From IMG/VR virus record IMGVR_UViG_3300037478_000708, positions 64,001 through 128,000 of that record: 64,000 nt of DNA, one strand, 5' to 3'. The notes under the pieces were generated by a model. That model was not told the DNA's origin. It searched no databases and saw only the letters and a list, made by a program, of their open reading frames with translations. The number at the start of each line of letters is the position of its first letter. The first letter of the stretch is position 1. Both the position numbers and the translations under genes were made by a program. Positions 9,501 to 17,732 of this stretch are shown in pieces. This DNA is from a virus.

Positions 9501-10387
9501 CGCCCTACGCGGTGCTGGAGCCCGAGCCGGACGAAGACGAGGGCGCAACCATTCCGCCCTTCGTCAACCCGAACCCGGTCGTCGTCTCCGTCACCGCGAA
9601 CGAGGCGAAGATCGTGACCGCGACCGCCAACGCCGGTCCGACCGATGCCGGCGACGTGCGCTCGTGGTGGGAGGTGGAGATCGTGCCGGGCGATTCGCAG
9701 TTCAACCTGCGCATCGACGAGAAGGACAACAGCTTCGCGCTGAACAAGAATCAGGTGGACACCTTCCCGGTGCCCGAGGGTCTCAACTTCGACGAGAAGC
9801 GAATCCGCTTCGTGATCCAGTCGCAGTTGGACCCCGATCAGATCTGGTTCTCCCTCTACGTGCGCATGGAGGGCGATCAGTTCGACAACTCCACGACGGA
9901 GGTCATCATCATTCCCGGCGCGGGGGCGCCGGAGCCGCCTCCGCAGATCGAGCTGGAGATCTCGCTCGCGGAGCAGCAGTTCGTCGTCGAAGAGGACATC
10001 GGTCGGCTCTTCCGGCAGCTCCGTGTCTCGAACCGCTCGCGTTACAAGCTGACGCCGCTCTTCGTGAACCACGAGACGGACCCGCGGATCGAGGGGCGCA
10101 ACGAGGACGGCCTGGAGTTCGGGCTGCTCTCGGTGCTCGACGACTTCCTCACGCTCGGCACGAACATCCGCACCTACGCGGTCTCCGCGACCGACATCGG
10201 CTTCCTCGACCGGATCGCCGCGCGCTTCTACGGCTCCGGCTTCGAGGACTTTTGGTGGGCGATCGCGTACGTCAACCGGATCGTCGACGTCGACACGGAC
10301 ATGTTCGTCGGGCAGCGGCTCGTCCTTCCCCCGCGCGAGGCGCTGACGGCGTTCCTGGCGCGCAAGCCGACGCCGACAGGGACCTAA
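6587..10387 (+). CDS. Large virion protein: LamG/ConA-like domains, two sheath-type insertion repeats and a C-terminal LysM/gp53(gpX)-like wedge domain
   Basis: LamG-like motifs (VVAFTWDSSALELYV, IGA...NFFQGAIHAVHVFDDVLS); C-terminal LDRIAARFYG...WWAIAYVNRI.D....GQRLVLP. Confidence 0.75.
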   Translation: MADFTLSGQPVGNPDEFPIEPVAQISGDLTIAAVIDPSLLSASATVSGFVVLALVGTVTGTPNLGVGGGPIFGTFASAASLNLPFALLGGALNADLAATGVAAELGVLPIYAPAQLSGTLSVQASVSGLLSGTAALDGGSSHEEFIGAGDVLGNELLSAAASANMTGEPDTLKDGGSPPFVIFDGSTQYLFYPDQTDADLRGGAAFSCAVVFDPEVVNNGGTGTLVGKHDPGSTEWGWRVHWDATTGEVTVIVSSAADGSNRATRTTAVGGAGIRNRTVVAFTWDSSALELYVAGSSSQGAQSDTGTPGAMVAGNAQFAIGADSLGSAPANFFQGAIHAVHVFDDVLSSGEVATIDESGYVPGPLVDANLVASWRPDRIEGSTSNIVIKRWRDEAGARELTMVNQPLCFPGIAEHLRWFCDEWDMDFVNAQVVGVSLDQNLASNYPLSTSSTNIVENGGFRRYQPPTFQLEPEIVSGFRTEFHDITVIWGGRKDSNSAADVVWLELYGLQVYYDAQTLELDVYQGAVGTPTRYQFGVSVVGMEGTVPNGAATVFALRYNKQLDQFTLFINGVKKFEISTAVTGTAISNTGLRFCESVDWAAINPFAPQTARRAAKIIPACLPDLLLSQTLNELQPGVYGQPDGLDGRMRAALREAPQIGGDLLFGQLVGVDYDITREVDDEPPSPRATFEPHPEGSGTIEFDGLPLDGEQVTISDGTTTVTLEFDNNSSVSPGTLQVPISVTITQTLLNVASVISTSGLNLTAGAPVVFTLDGVNEVGYVRIRQDDLADGDLPLMTVPTGPLGNVRVTGPYRVQGPRGSLELFGQPADGDQFVVNDRVNPVRTFEFDSGGGVTAGAVAVTIGADVEETMDNLVVAVNASGLALTAFPTIAFSSYGGAVIDRAYSVVEHARSSDPTDYANRFDAAITTPTNVSGNLAATGIEQPKPFEEALQVQQSSVYGQLNSAIESLYVDAPYAVLEPEPDEDEGATIPPFVNPNPVVVSVTANEAKIVTATANAGPTDAGDVRSWWEVEIVPGDSQFNLRIDEKDNSFALNKNQVDTFPVPEGLNFDEKRIRFVIQSQLDPDQIWFSLYVRMEGDQFDNSTTEVIIIPGAGAPEPPPQIELEISLAEQQFVVEEDIGRLFRQLRVSNRSRYKLTPLFVNHETDPRIEGRNEDGLEFGLLSVLDDFLTLGTNIRTYAVSATDIGFLDRIAARFYGSGFEDFWWAIAYVNRIVDVDTDMFVGQRLVLPPREALTAFLARKPTPTGT

Positions 10388-10388
10388 G

Positions 10389-13148
10389 ATGGCACTCTCC
10401 GACAACGCCATCGGCTTCTTCCTCGAGGCGGAAGACGTCTCCCTGACGCGCACACTCGCCAGTGCGACCACCTCCTACGAGCGCTACACGAAGGCCCTGG
10501 AGAAGTACAACGAGCGGGCCTTCCAGAGCACGCAGAAGGGGCTCGGCAAGGTCACGGATCTCCTCAAGGCCGCGGAGAAGCTCCCCGATCGGGTGGCGAA
10601 GGGGATGGCGCGCGCCTCGGCCACGATCGAGAAGGGGCTCAAGCCGGTCACGCAGTCCGTCGAGATCGTGTTCACCGTCGGATCCTCGCAAAAGCTCAAG
10701 GCCGCGGTGGGCCGCGCGGTCTCCGAAGCGATGAGTGGCGCGAACGTGCGCCTGAGCGCGTCGATGCCGCAGAAGCGGATGGCTCTCTTCGACAGCTCCG
10801 TCAGCCTGCGCACGCAGTACGCGAACGTGACGCAGCCCCCGGACATGCGGGGCAAGATTCAGCCGCTCAAGAAGTTCCGCGAGGGCGGTGTCGTCGAAGG
10901 TCCGAACAAGGCGATGGACTCGGTGCTCGCCTTGCTTCAGCCCGGCGAGTTGGTCCTGCCGGTCGACGTGACGAAGCAGCTCAAGAGCCTCGGAGGACAG
11001 CTTCTCAAGACGGGTGGTCTCGACAAGGGCAAGCTCAAGGATCTCGTCGCGCTGACGGAGCTGTACGGGGATGAACTCGCCGACGTGAACAAGGCGCTCG
11101 GCACCGTTCACGACAACCTCGACAACCTGGCCGACGTCACCAAGCAGCGTCTCGGCTCGGCGATGCTCAACGCGACCAAGCGGGTCGAAGCCTTGGAGGA
11201 GGAGACGACGGGAGCCGGCACGGCGCTCAAGAAGCTGCTCGTGGACATCCTCGGTCCCGCGCGCTTCCTGGCCATCCGCGGGGCGATCGCCGACCTACAA
11301 GAAGGGCTCGGGGGACTGCGCTCCGGGTTCGGCAGCGCGTTCACGACGCTGGGAGGCGACGAGATCACCTCGGGTATCGAGGCGATCAACCAGATGAACC
11401 AGTTCCTCGGCGTTAGCCGTGCGCGGCTGCGCGAGATCAAGACGCGCGCGGGGGACATGGCCAAAGAGGTCGAGGGCATCACCTTCGACGAGCTGGGGCG
11501 CGGCCTGCTCCAGGCGGCAGAGCACGGCATCCGCGACGAGGAGACGCTCTTCCGCCTGGCGAAGGCCGGCACGCTCGCGGCGAAGGGGATGAACATCGCG
11601 CAGGAGTCGGCCATCAGCTTGGGCTTCGAGCTGACCAGTTCGCTCAACCTGAGTCAGGAAGGCTTCGAGGCGACGCTCGGCACGTTGGGGCGGCTCTCCG
11701 ACAAGACGTCCGGGTTCAACATCTCGGCCGGGAAGCTCTTCGAGCAGACGACGGCCGACGTCGCCGCGCTGAACACGACGCTGCGGCAGATGAGCGACGA
11801 AGAGTCGCAGAGGCTCATCGGGAGCTTCAACCAGATCGGCGCCGTGCTGGAGAGCCAGTTCATCGACCAGGCCGGCGACATCCGTCAGACGCTCGCGCGA
11901 GCGCTCGAGGGCGGACCGGAGAACGTGGACGCGATGCGCAAGGCGCAACTGCTCACGGGCAAGTCGGTCGAGCAGTTGCGGGCACAACTGGAGAAGGGGG
12001 ACATCGCGGGGATCTTCGACTCGATCGGCGAGCAAGCGCGTGGCATGGACACGCAGCAGCTCAACGCGCTGGCGGATACCGTGGGCCTCAGTGCGGAGAA
12101 CCTCAGCAAGCTCAGTCAGGGTCTCGGGGCCATCAATACCAACTTCGACAAAGCGAACACGCGCATCGCGGCGACGGGGACCGGTCTCGGTCTCCTCGAG
12201 GCACGTGCGCGGGCCAACCGGACGCAGTTCGAGAAGCTCCAAGAAGACGTCACGGACAACGCCGCCGCCTTCCAGATGTTCGGCATCTCCGGCGTGGAGG
12301 TGCTCGACTTCTTCAAGGAGTTCAACGCGACGTCGCTGCTCAGCCTGGCGTTCCTCAGCGGCCCGCTCTTCAAGGGCTTGACCACGGCCGCGGGTGGCTT
12401 CAAGGCGTTCGCGCTGGGGGCCGGTCAAACCGCAGTGTCGCTTTCGACCGTGAAGTCCTTCGCCGTGGGCTTGGGTCCGAAGCTGCTCAGCATCGCCAAG
12501 ATCGCCGGTCCGCTCGCACTGATCGCCGGTGCGGGTGTCGGCTTCGTGAAGTTCGCCGACAAGCTGGAGGAAATCGAGGAAGGCTCGCTGAAGGCGACGG
12601 AGGAGGCGCAGAAGTTCCTCCACATGGACCCCGCGCGCCTGAAGAAGAACATCGAGCGCGTGCAGGCGCAGATCGACATCGACGAAGCGGCCGGCAAGGT
12701 GGCCAACCCGGTCGCGGTGGCCAAGCTCGAGAGCTACAACCAGCAGCTAGCCAATCTTGAGGCGCACCTAAAGGAAACCTACGGTAGGAAGACCACGGGG
12801 ACGAGCGTCGACGCGTTGGATCCGATGGCGCAGTTGGCGGCAGCCCAGGGGCAGCTCGGCGCGCAGATGGCGGAGAACATGCGCTCTCCGACGGAGATCC
12901 CCGCCGTTTCCCCCGAGGAGATTCGGGCGCTCATCGAAGGCGACTTCCAGATGGCGACGGGTGGCACGGAAGAGCGCCTCGACAAGAACAATCAGCTCAT
13001 GGAACAGGTCGTGGAACTCCTGAAGGAACAGGTGCGTCGCTCCGGTGCGACCGCGCCGGGTCCCGTCGCGAGCGCTACGCGCACCCCGCAGGGTCCGTCG
13101 CTCGGCCTGTCTCCGTTCGGGCAGCAGGTCGCCGGAGGGGAGCTTTAG
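10389..13148 (+). CDS. Tape measure protein
   Basis: 919 aa, helical Ala/Leu/Gln-rich with a hydrophobic segment near aa 650-720; motif F.EGG.V.GP..DSV.ALLQPGE.V; upstream of hub genes. Confidence 0.85.
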   Translation: MALSDNAIGFFLEAEDVSLTRTLASATTSYERYTKALEKYNERAFQSTQKGLGKVTDLLKAAEKLPDRVAKGMARASATIEKGLKPVTQSVEIVFTVGSSQKLKAAVGRAVSEAMSGANVRLSASMPQKRMALFDSSVSLRTQYANVTQPPDMRGKIQPLKKFREGGVVEGPNKAMDSVLALLQPGELVLPVDVTKQLKSLGGQLLKTGGLDKGKLKDLVALTELYGDELADVNKALGTVHDNLDNLADVTKQRLGSAMLNATKRVEALEEETTGAGTALKKLLVDILGPARFLAIRGAIADLQEGLGGLRSGFGSAFTTLGGDEITSGIEAINQMNQFLGVSRARLREIKTRAGDMAKEVEGITFDELGRGLLQAAEHGIRDEETLFRLAKAGTLAAKGMNIAQESAISLGFELTSSLNLSQEGFEATLGTLGRLSDKTSGFNISAGKLFEQTTADVAALNTTLRQMSDEESQRLIGSFNQIGAVLESQFIDQAGDIRQTLARALEGGPENVDAMRKAQLLTGKSVEQLRAQLEKGDIAGIFDSIGEQARGMDTQQLNALADTVGLSAENLSKLSQGLGAINTNFDKANTRIAATGTGLGLLEARARANRTQFEKLQEDVTDNAAAFQMFGISGVEVLDFFKEFNATSLLSLAFLSGPLFKGLTTAAGGFKAFALGAGQTAVSLSTVKSFAVGLGPKLLSIAKIAGPLALIAGAGVGFVKFADKLEEIEEGSLKATEEAQKFLHMDPARLKKNIERVQAQIDIDEAAGKVANPVAVAKLESYNQQLANLEAHLKETYGRKTTGTSVDALDPMAQLAAAQGQLGAQMAENMRSPTEIPAVSPEEIRALIEGDFQMATGGTEERLDKNNQLMEQVVELLKEQVRRSGATAPGPVASATRTPQGPSLGLSPFGQQVAGGEL

Positions 13149-13739
13149 ATGGTCGTCGTCGGCAACCTGGGTGACCGTCTGACGATCACGATCGACCCGT
13201 CGTGGCCGCAGATCGGCCTGTGGGCGCATCCGCTGGGCAACACCCTGCGCGTGACGTTCGTCGACTTTGCCTCGGGTGTCTCTGAGGACGCGACGCCGAA
13301 CTACGTCAACACGGAGGTCATCGGACGCGCCGAGTCGTACAAGGCGTTCCTCAACACGCAGAACCGGCAGATCCAGATCCCCTTCCGGTTCCGCGCGCAG
13401 GGGGTGACCTCTTCCGACCCGCGGACGGCCGTCGAGCAGGAGGTCATCTTGCCGGCGCGCTTCCTCGACGCGCTCAAGTACCCCGTGCACGACCCCAACC
13501 AGGGGATCTCCTACGCACCGCCTCCGGTGCTCGTGCACTTCGGGGACCTGTTCACCGCGCGCTGTATCCTGGCGAGCGGTCCGCTGAACTGGATCTTCGA
13601 TCCGATGGAGACGGACACGCTGCTTCCGCACGGCTGCGACGTGAACGTGCAGTTCGAGGTGGTCCGACGCATTCAGGCGGACCTGAGCTACTTCCCGACC
13701 GGTAGCAGCGGCGGGCCGATCTCGGGTGAGTGGCAGTGA
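13149..13739 (+). CDS. Tail tube initiator / CIS tube-like protein
   Basis: Y...EVIGR.E, LKYP....YAPPP.L..FGD pattern; lies between tape measure and hub. Confidence 0.75.
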   Translation: MVVVGNLGDRLTITIDPSWPQIGLWAHPLGNTLRVTFVDFASGVSEDATPNYVNTEVIGRAESYKAFLNTQNRQIQIPFRFRAQGVTSSDPRTAVEQEVILPARFLDALKYPVHDPNQGISYAPPPVLVHFGDLFTARCILASGPLNWIFDPMETDTLLPHGCDVNVQFEVVRRIQADLSYFPTGSSGGPISGEWQ

Positions 13740-14971
13740 CCGGATCGACCGACAGCAACGTCTTTCCGGCAGGTAACGTCACGCTCCTGTCCGCCGGACA
13801 GACGATCGATCTGCCTTTCCATGAGTACCTCATGGACATGGACGTGGAGGTCGTCTCCAAGAGTTCGTGGACCGGTCGCCTCAAGCTCTTCGATCACCAA
13901 GGCGACCGGCTGGAGCAGATCATCATCGCGGCCGGGCACGACCGGGACATCGACGTTCAGTGGGGTTGGGCGGATCCGACCAACAACTTCCAAAGACAGT
14001 TCCACGGCTCGGTCATGGGCTATGCCCTCGAGTTCATGCCGCACGGATCGGTCGTCAACTTCGAGGTCGTATCCCGCTCGGCGTTCTCGCAGGTCATCGA
14101 CCGCCGCATTCGCTCGTTTCAGGAGGGGCAGCGCGTCTCCGACATCGTGCGAGAGATCGCGCAGTCGCGCGGCTGGACCGTGCAGATCGAAGACAGCGTG
14201 GGGTTCATCGAGCAGCCCTTCAACTCGAAGGGTGAGAGCGATCTGAACTTCATCCTCGAGCAGCTCCTTCCGCACGCGGTCAGCGAGCAGGGCTCCGACT
14301 TCCTCTGCTACTTCGACGAGGCCGACGTCTTCCACTTCCACTCGCCGTTCTTCGGAACGCCCGTCCAGCATAGCTACAACTTCACGCGGGACGCGTCTGG
14401 CGACGTCATCATGTTCTCCCCGCAGGACAACCAGCTCTTCGGGGCGTTGTTCGGTGGAGGCAACAGCCTGTACAGCTCGCCGACGAGCTTGCAGGGCGGC
14501 CAGGCTGAGCAGCAGACCGCGCAAGGCGCCGGTCTCAACGGTCAGGGTGCGCCGGCCGCGGTGGACGCCTCGGCGCAGGTCGACCTCGGTGCGGGTGTGC
14601 ACTCGTACAACAACATCGTGGCCCGGGACCCTGCGGAGGTCGAACGGCTCACGCGGGCGCGCTACGCCGAGTACCGACGCAAGGCGTTCAAGGCCAACCT
14701 CCGCGTGCACGGAACCCACCGCGTTCGCGTGAGCGACTACGTGAACGTGGACTTCACCAAGACCGACGGCACGCCGCACTACCTGTCCGGCAACTTCCTC
14801 GTGCTGAGGGTCAAGCACACGGTCGGCGTGGGCCTCGGGTGGACCACGGAGTTCGAGATGCAGCGCGAGGGTATCGAGGCGCTTCCCGGCACGGTTCCGT
14901 TGGCCGTGACGCAGACGGTCTCCCCGCAGCCGGGGGGCGACGATGACGACCTGACGCTGACCGCCACATGA
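13730..14971 (+). CDS. Baseplate hub protein (gpD/gp27-like)
   Basis: RSF....VSDIVREIA, GESDLNFI, YLSGNFLVLRVKHTV..GWTTEFEMQR. Confidence 0.85.
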   Translation: MAVTGSTDSNVFPAGNVTLLSAGQTIDLPFHEYLMDMDVEVVSKSSWTGRLKLFDHQGDRLEQIIIAAGHDRDIDVQWGWADPTNNFQRQFHGSVMGYALEFMPHGSVVNFEVVSRSAFSQVIDRRIRSFQEGQRVSDIVREIAQSRGWTVQIEDSVGFIEQPFNSKGESDLNFILEQLLPHAVSEQGSDFLCYFDEADVFHFHSPFFGTPVQHSYNFTRDASGDVIMFSPQDNQLFGALFGGGNSLYSSPTSLQGGQAEQQTAQGAGLNGQGAPAAVDASAQVDLGAGVHSYNNIVARDPAEVERLTRARYAEYRRKAFKANLRVHGTHRVRVSDYVNVDFTKTDGTPHYLSGNFLVLRVKHTVGVGLGWTTEFEMQREGIEALPGTVPLAVTQTVSPQPGGDDDDLTLTAT

Positions 14972-16218
14972 GAACGCCCTCCGTTACCCCGGGTGACCCC
15001 CGCGAGAAGTTCCCCGGTCTCTACCGGGGCGTGGTGGAGGACGTCGCCGACCCGCAGACGCGCAAGCGCTACCGCGTGCGCGTGGTGAACGTGCACCCTC
15101 CCCAGGTCGAGACGCAGCACCTTCCGTGGGCAGAGCTTGCCGTGGGCTTCGGAGGCAGCGGTTTCGGCGACGTGCCGGCCTACGAGCCCGACGATGAGGT
15201 CTGGGTCATGTTCGAGGGAGGCAACCGGCGCTTCCCCGTCATCGTCGGCGGCATCCTCAACTACGCAGGCGGCATTCCACCGCTTCCTCCCGAGCAGACG
15301 GGCGCCGACTACGAAGAGACGCAGCGGCGCTGGACGCGGATCGATCGGGCGGGCAACAAGATCGAGATGAGCCCGGTGGAGGAGGAGCTTTGGGTTCGGC
15401 TCTCTACGCCGGACGGCTCCGAGGTACGCGTCTCCGCTGCGGACGGCTCCGTGCAGTGCATCGCATCCGGGCGGGTCATCTTGCACGCACCGAACGTGCA
15501 GATCATCGCGGCGGAGGAGATCAATGCGGAGACAGCCCGGCTGATCGCCGACGTTTCCGAAGAGGCCATCGTCCGCGGCTCCGACAAGGTGAGCATCCGC
15601 GGCGCGAACGAGATCAACATCGGCGAGTACACGCCGCCGGACACGACCGGGCTCGGCGCGACGCCGGAGACGTCGTTGGTCGTGAACATCAAGGCCGTCG
15701 ACCTCGTGAAGATCGAGTCCGCGGGCTCGATCGATATCGCCGCGGCGGACGGCATCCAGATCGCCGCCGGCTCGGACATCGTGGTGACGGGGCAGGTGAA
15801 CTCGTCGTTCGCGGTGCAGGGCAACGCCTTGCTCGACGTCGAGGGCGACGTCGAGGTGGACACCGAGGGCACGCTCACGGTCAACGCGGCGCAGAAGATC
15901 CTGATCGAGAGCCAGAGCGACATCGAGGTCAACGCGCAGGCGAACATCCTCGTTACGTCGGGTGCGAACTTCGACATCGACTGCGGTGTCAACTTCTCGC
16001 TGCATGCCGGCGCGGCGATGGCGATCGACGCCGACGCGACGCTCACGATCGAGTCGGCCGCCAACCTCGAGGTAACGTGCTCGGCCGCGCTCACGATCCA
16101 GGCCGACGCGGCGCTCACCCTGGAAGCGCCGATCATCACGATCCATGCAACCTCTCTGCTCGACATGTCGGGCGATTCGACGGCCCTGCTCGACGGAGGC
16201 GTCGTGCTGATCGCCTAG
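14968..16218 (+). CDS. Baseplate spike (gp5/gpV/VgrG-like OB fold plus beta-helix)
   Basis: GLYRGVVEDV.DP...R.RVRV, LPWA, VWVMFEGG..RFPVIVG, then long 8-residue beta-helix repeats. Confidence 0.92.
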   Translation: MRTPSVTPGDPREKFPGLYRGVVEDVADPQTRKRYRVRVVNVHPPQVETQHLPWAELAVGFGGSGFGDVPAYEPDDEVWVMFEGGNRRFPVIVGGILNYAGGIPPLPPEQTGADYEETQRRWTRIDRAGNKIEMSPVEEELWVRLSTPDGSEVRVSAADGSVQCIASGRVILHAPNVQIIAAEEINAETARLIADVSEEAIVRGSDKVSIRGANEINIGEYTPPDTTGLGATPETSLVVNIKAVDLVKIESAGSIDIAAADGIQIAAGSDIVVTGQVNSSFAVQGNALLDVEGDVEVDTEGTLTVNAAQKILIESQSDIEVNAQANILVTSGANFDIDCGVNFSLHAGAAMAIDADATLTIESAANLEVTCSAALTIQADAALTLEAPIITIHATSLLDMSGDSTALLDGGVVLIA

Positions 16219-16219
16219 C

Positions 16220-16240
16220 CCAGTGACAGCGTGTCACTGG
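16220..16240 (-). repeat. Dispersed palindrome copy 2
   Basis: CCAGTGACAGCGTGTCACTGG, the reverse complement of the copy-1 core, just after the spike stop. Confidence 0.95.
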
Positions 16241-16271
16241 ACCCGAACCCCCCTACATCGAGGGAATCCCA

Positions 16272-16928
16272 ATGGCCTGCTCCAACTGCCCCGACGCGGT
16301 GGTCGCCGTGCTCCGGACCAAGGTTCGGAGCGAGCTGAACAAGCTCTCCGCGATCGTCAGCATGACGGCGTTCTTCAACGACGCGATCGGCTCCACCGCG
16401 GGTGTCGCCGTAGCCGACACGCAGAGCGCGGTCGACGCGATCCCGGTCGCCTCGGCTCTGTCCCCGCTGGACATCCTCGAGTACGTCCTCTGCCCCCTGA
16501 CGCCGTTGGCGCTCGGGCTGGACGGCATCCAAGACCTCGTGAGCGGGGACGTGAATACGCAGACCAAGAAGGTGCAGGGGCTCTCCAAGGGCAACGTGGA
16601 CCGCGCCCGCCGAGAGTACGAGAAGGCGCTCAAGAACTCGCCCAACGACAAGCTCATCCGGCAGGCGCGCAAGTACGAGCAGCGCCTCCGCCAGATCGGC
16701 TTCGATGCGAACAGCTTCGCGGAGGCCGTGGTCATTACGGCCACGGTGCAGAGCGTCTGCGACGCGGACGAGTTCGATGACGTTTTTCTCCAGTTCGCGC
16801 AGCTCGCGCAGAACTTCTCGTTCACCGGTGGCGTGCCCGCGACGCTGGACCAGAACCTCGCGGCGCTGATCCAGCGTCTCTCCCAAGGCGAAGCCAAGTT
16901 CGCGGCGCTTCGCGACGCCCTCCACTAA
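16272..16928 (+). CDS. Hypothetical helical protein between spike and PAAR
   Basis: 218 aa, RBS GAGG, N-terminal CxxC. Confidence 0.7.
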   Translation: MACSNCPDAVVAVLRTKVRSELNKLSAIVSMTAFFNDAIGSTAGVAVADTQSAVDAIPVASALSPLDILEYVLCPLTPLALGLDGIQDLVSGDVNTQTKKVQGLSKGNVDRARREYEKALKNSPNDKLIRQARKYEQRLRQIGFDANSFAEAVVITATVQSVCDADEFDDVFLQFAQLAQNFSFTGGVPATLDQNLAALIQRLSQGEAKFAALRDALH

Positions 16929-16934
16929 GACGCT

Positions 16935-17237
16935 ATGGCTATCCCCGTTCTTCAGGGCGACGTCGGCGGTCCCTACACCTACCCGAGCACGCCTCCGCTC
17001 ACGGCACCGGCTACGATGCTGACGGGCTCGACCAAGGTCTTCATCGGTGGTCGTTCGGTCATGCTGGTCGGGCAGGCGAACACGACACTCGGGGCGATCG
17101 TCGCGAGCACGCTCGTCAGCCTCAAGACCTTCGTCGAGGGTGCTCCGCTTCACCTCTCCGGATCGGTGACGAACACGTCCGCTGGCTGGCTCGGCGGCGT
17201 GCTGCAAGGAACGATTCCCAACGTCCAAGTCACCTAG
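16935..17237 (+). CDS. PAAR-like spike-tip protein
   Basis: 100 aa; GSTKVFIGG and S.KTFVEG.P repeats; position between spike and gp25. Confidence 0.7.
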   Translation: MAIPVLQGDVGGPYTYPSTPPLTAPATMLTGSTKVFIGGRSVMLVGQANTTLGAIVASTLVSLKTFVEGAPLHLSGSVTNTSAGWLGGVLQGTIPNVQVT

Positions 17238-17287
17238 CCGTCCCTGTAGAGAGGCGCCCGGACACCCTGTAGACTGCCCCCCGACCG

Positions 17288-17728
17288 ATGGTAAGCTCCG
17301 ACCTACTTTCCTCCCGCGAACTGCGCGGACTCGCGCTCCCGGCCCTCAAGGGCTCCGGGGGCTATTTCGAGTCCAAGGGTGAGGGAGACGTCGCCTGGGG
17401 CGATCTCCTGATGGCGCTGTTCGTTCCGATCGGGGGCCGCGTCATGCGGCGGTCGTTCGGCAGCTCGCTCTACGAGCTGCTCTTCGATCCCATCATCGAG
17501 GGCGAGTTCCAGCTCGTCGACGCGGCGATCAAGGACATCGCGGCACGGAACCTTCCTCACGTCACCGTGACGCGCACGCTCATCCGTACTGCGGAGAGCA
17601 ACAAGGGCATCGAGATCAAGGTCTTCTTCCGGGTCAACTCGAGCCGGGACCAAGAGCGCGCGCAGACGGTCCTGATCCCGAAGACCTACGTGCCGCCGTC
17701 GAGCGCAGCGATGAACGCGGGAGTGTAG
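17288..17728 (+). CDS. Baseplate wedge gp25/GPW family
   Basis: L..PIG.RVMRRSFGS.LYELLFDP motif. Confidence 0.9.
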   Translation: MVSSDLLSSRELRGLALPALKGSGGYFESKGEGDVAWGDLLMALFVPIGGRVMRRSFGSSLYELLFDPIIEGEFQLVDAAIKDIAARNLPHVTVTRTLIRTAESNKGIEIKVFFRVNSSRDQERAQTVLIPKTYVPPSSAAMNAGV

Positions 17729-17732
17729 CTAC

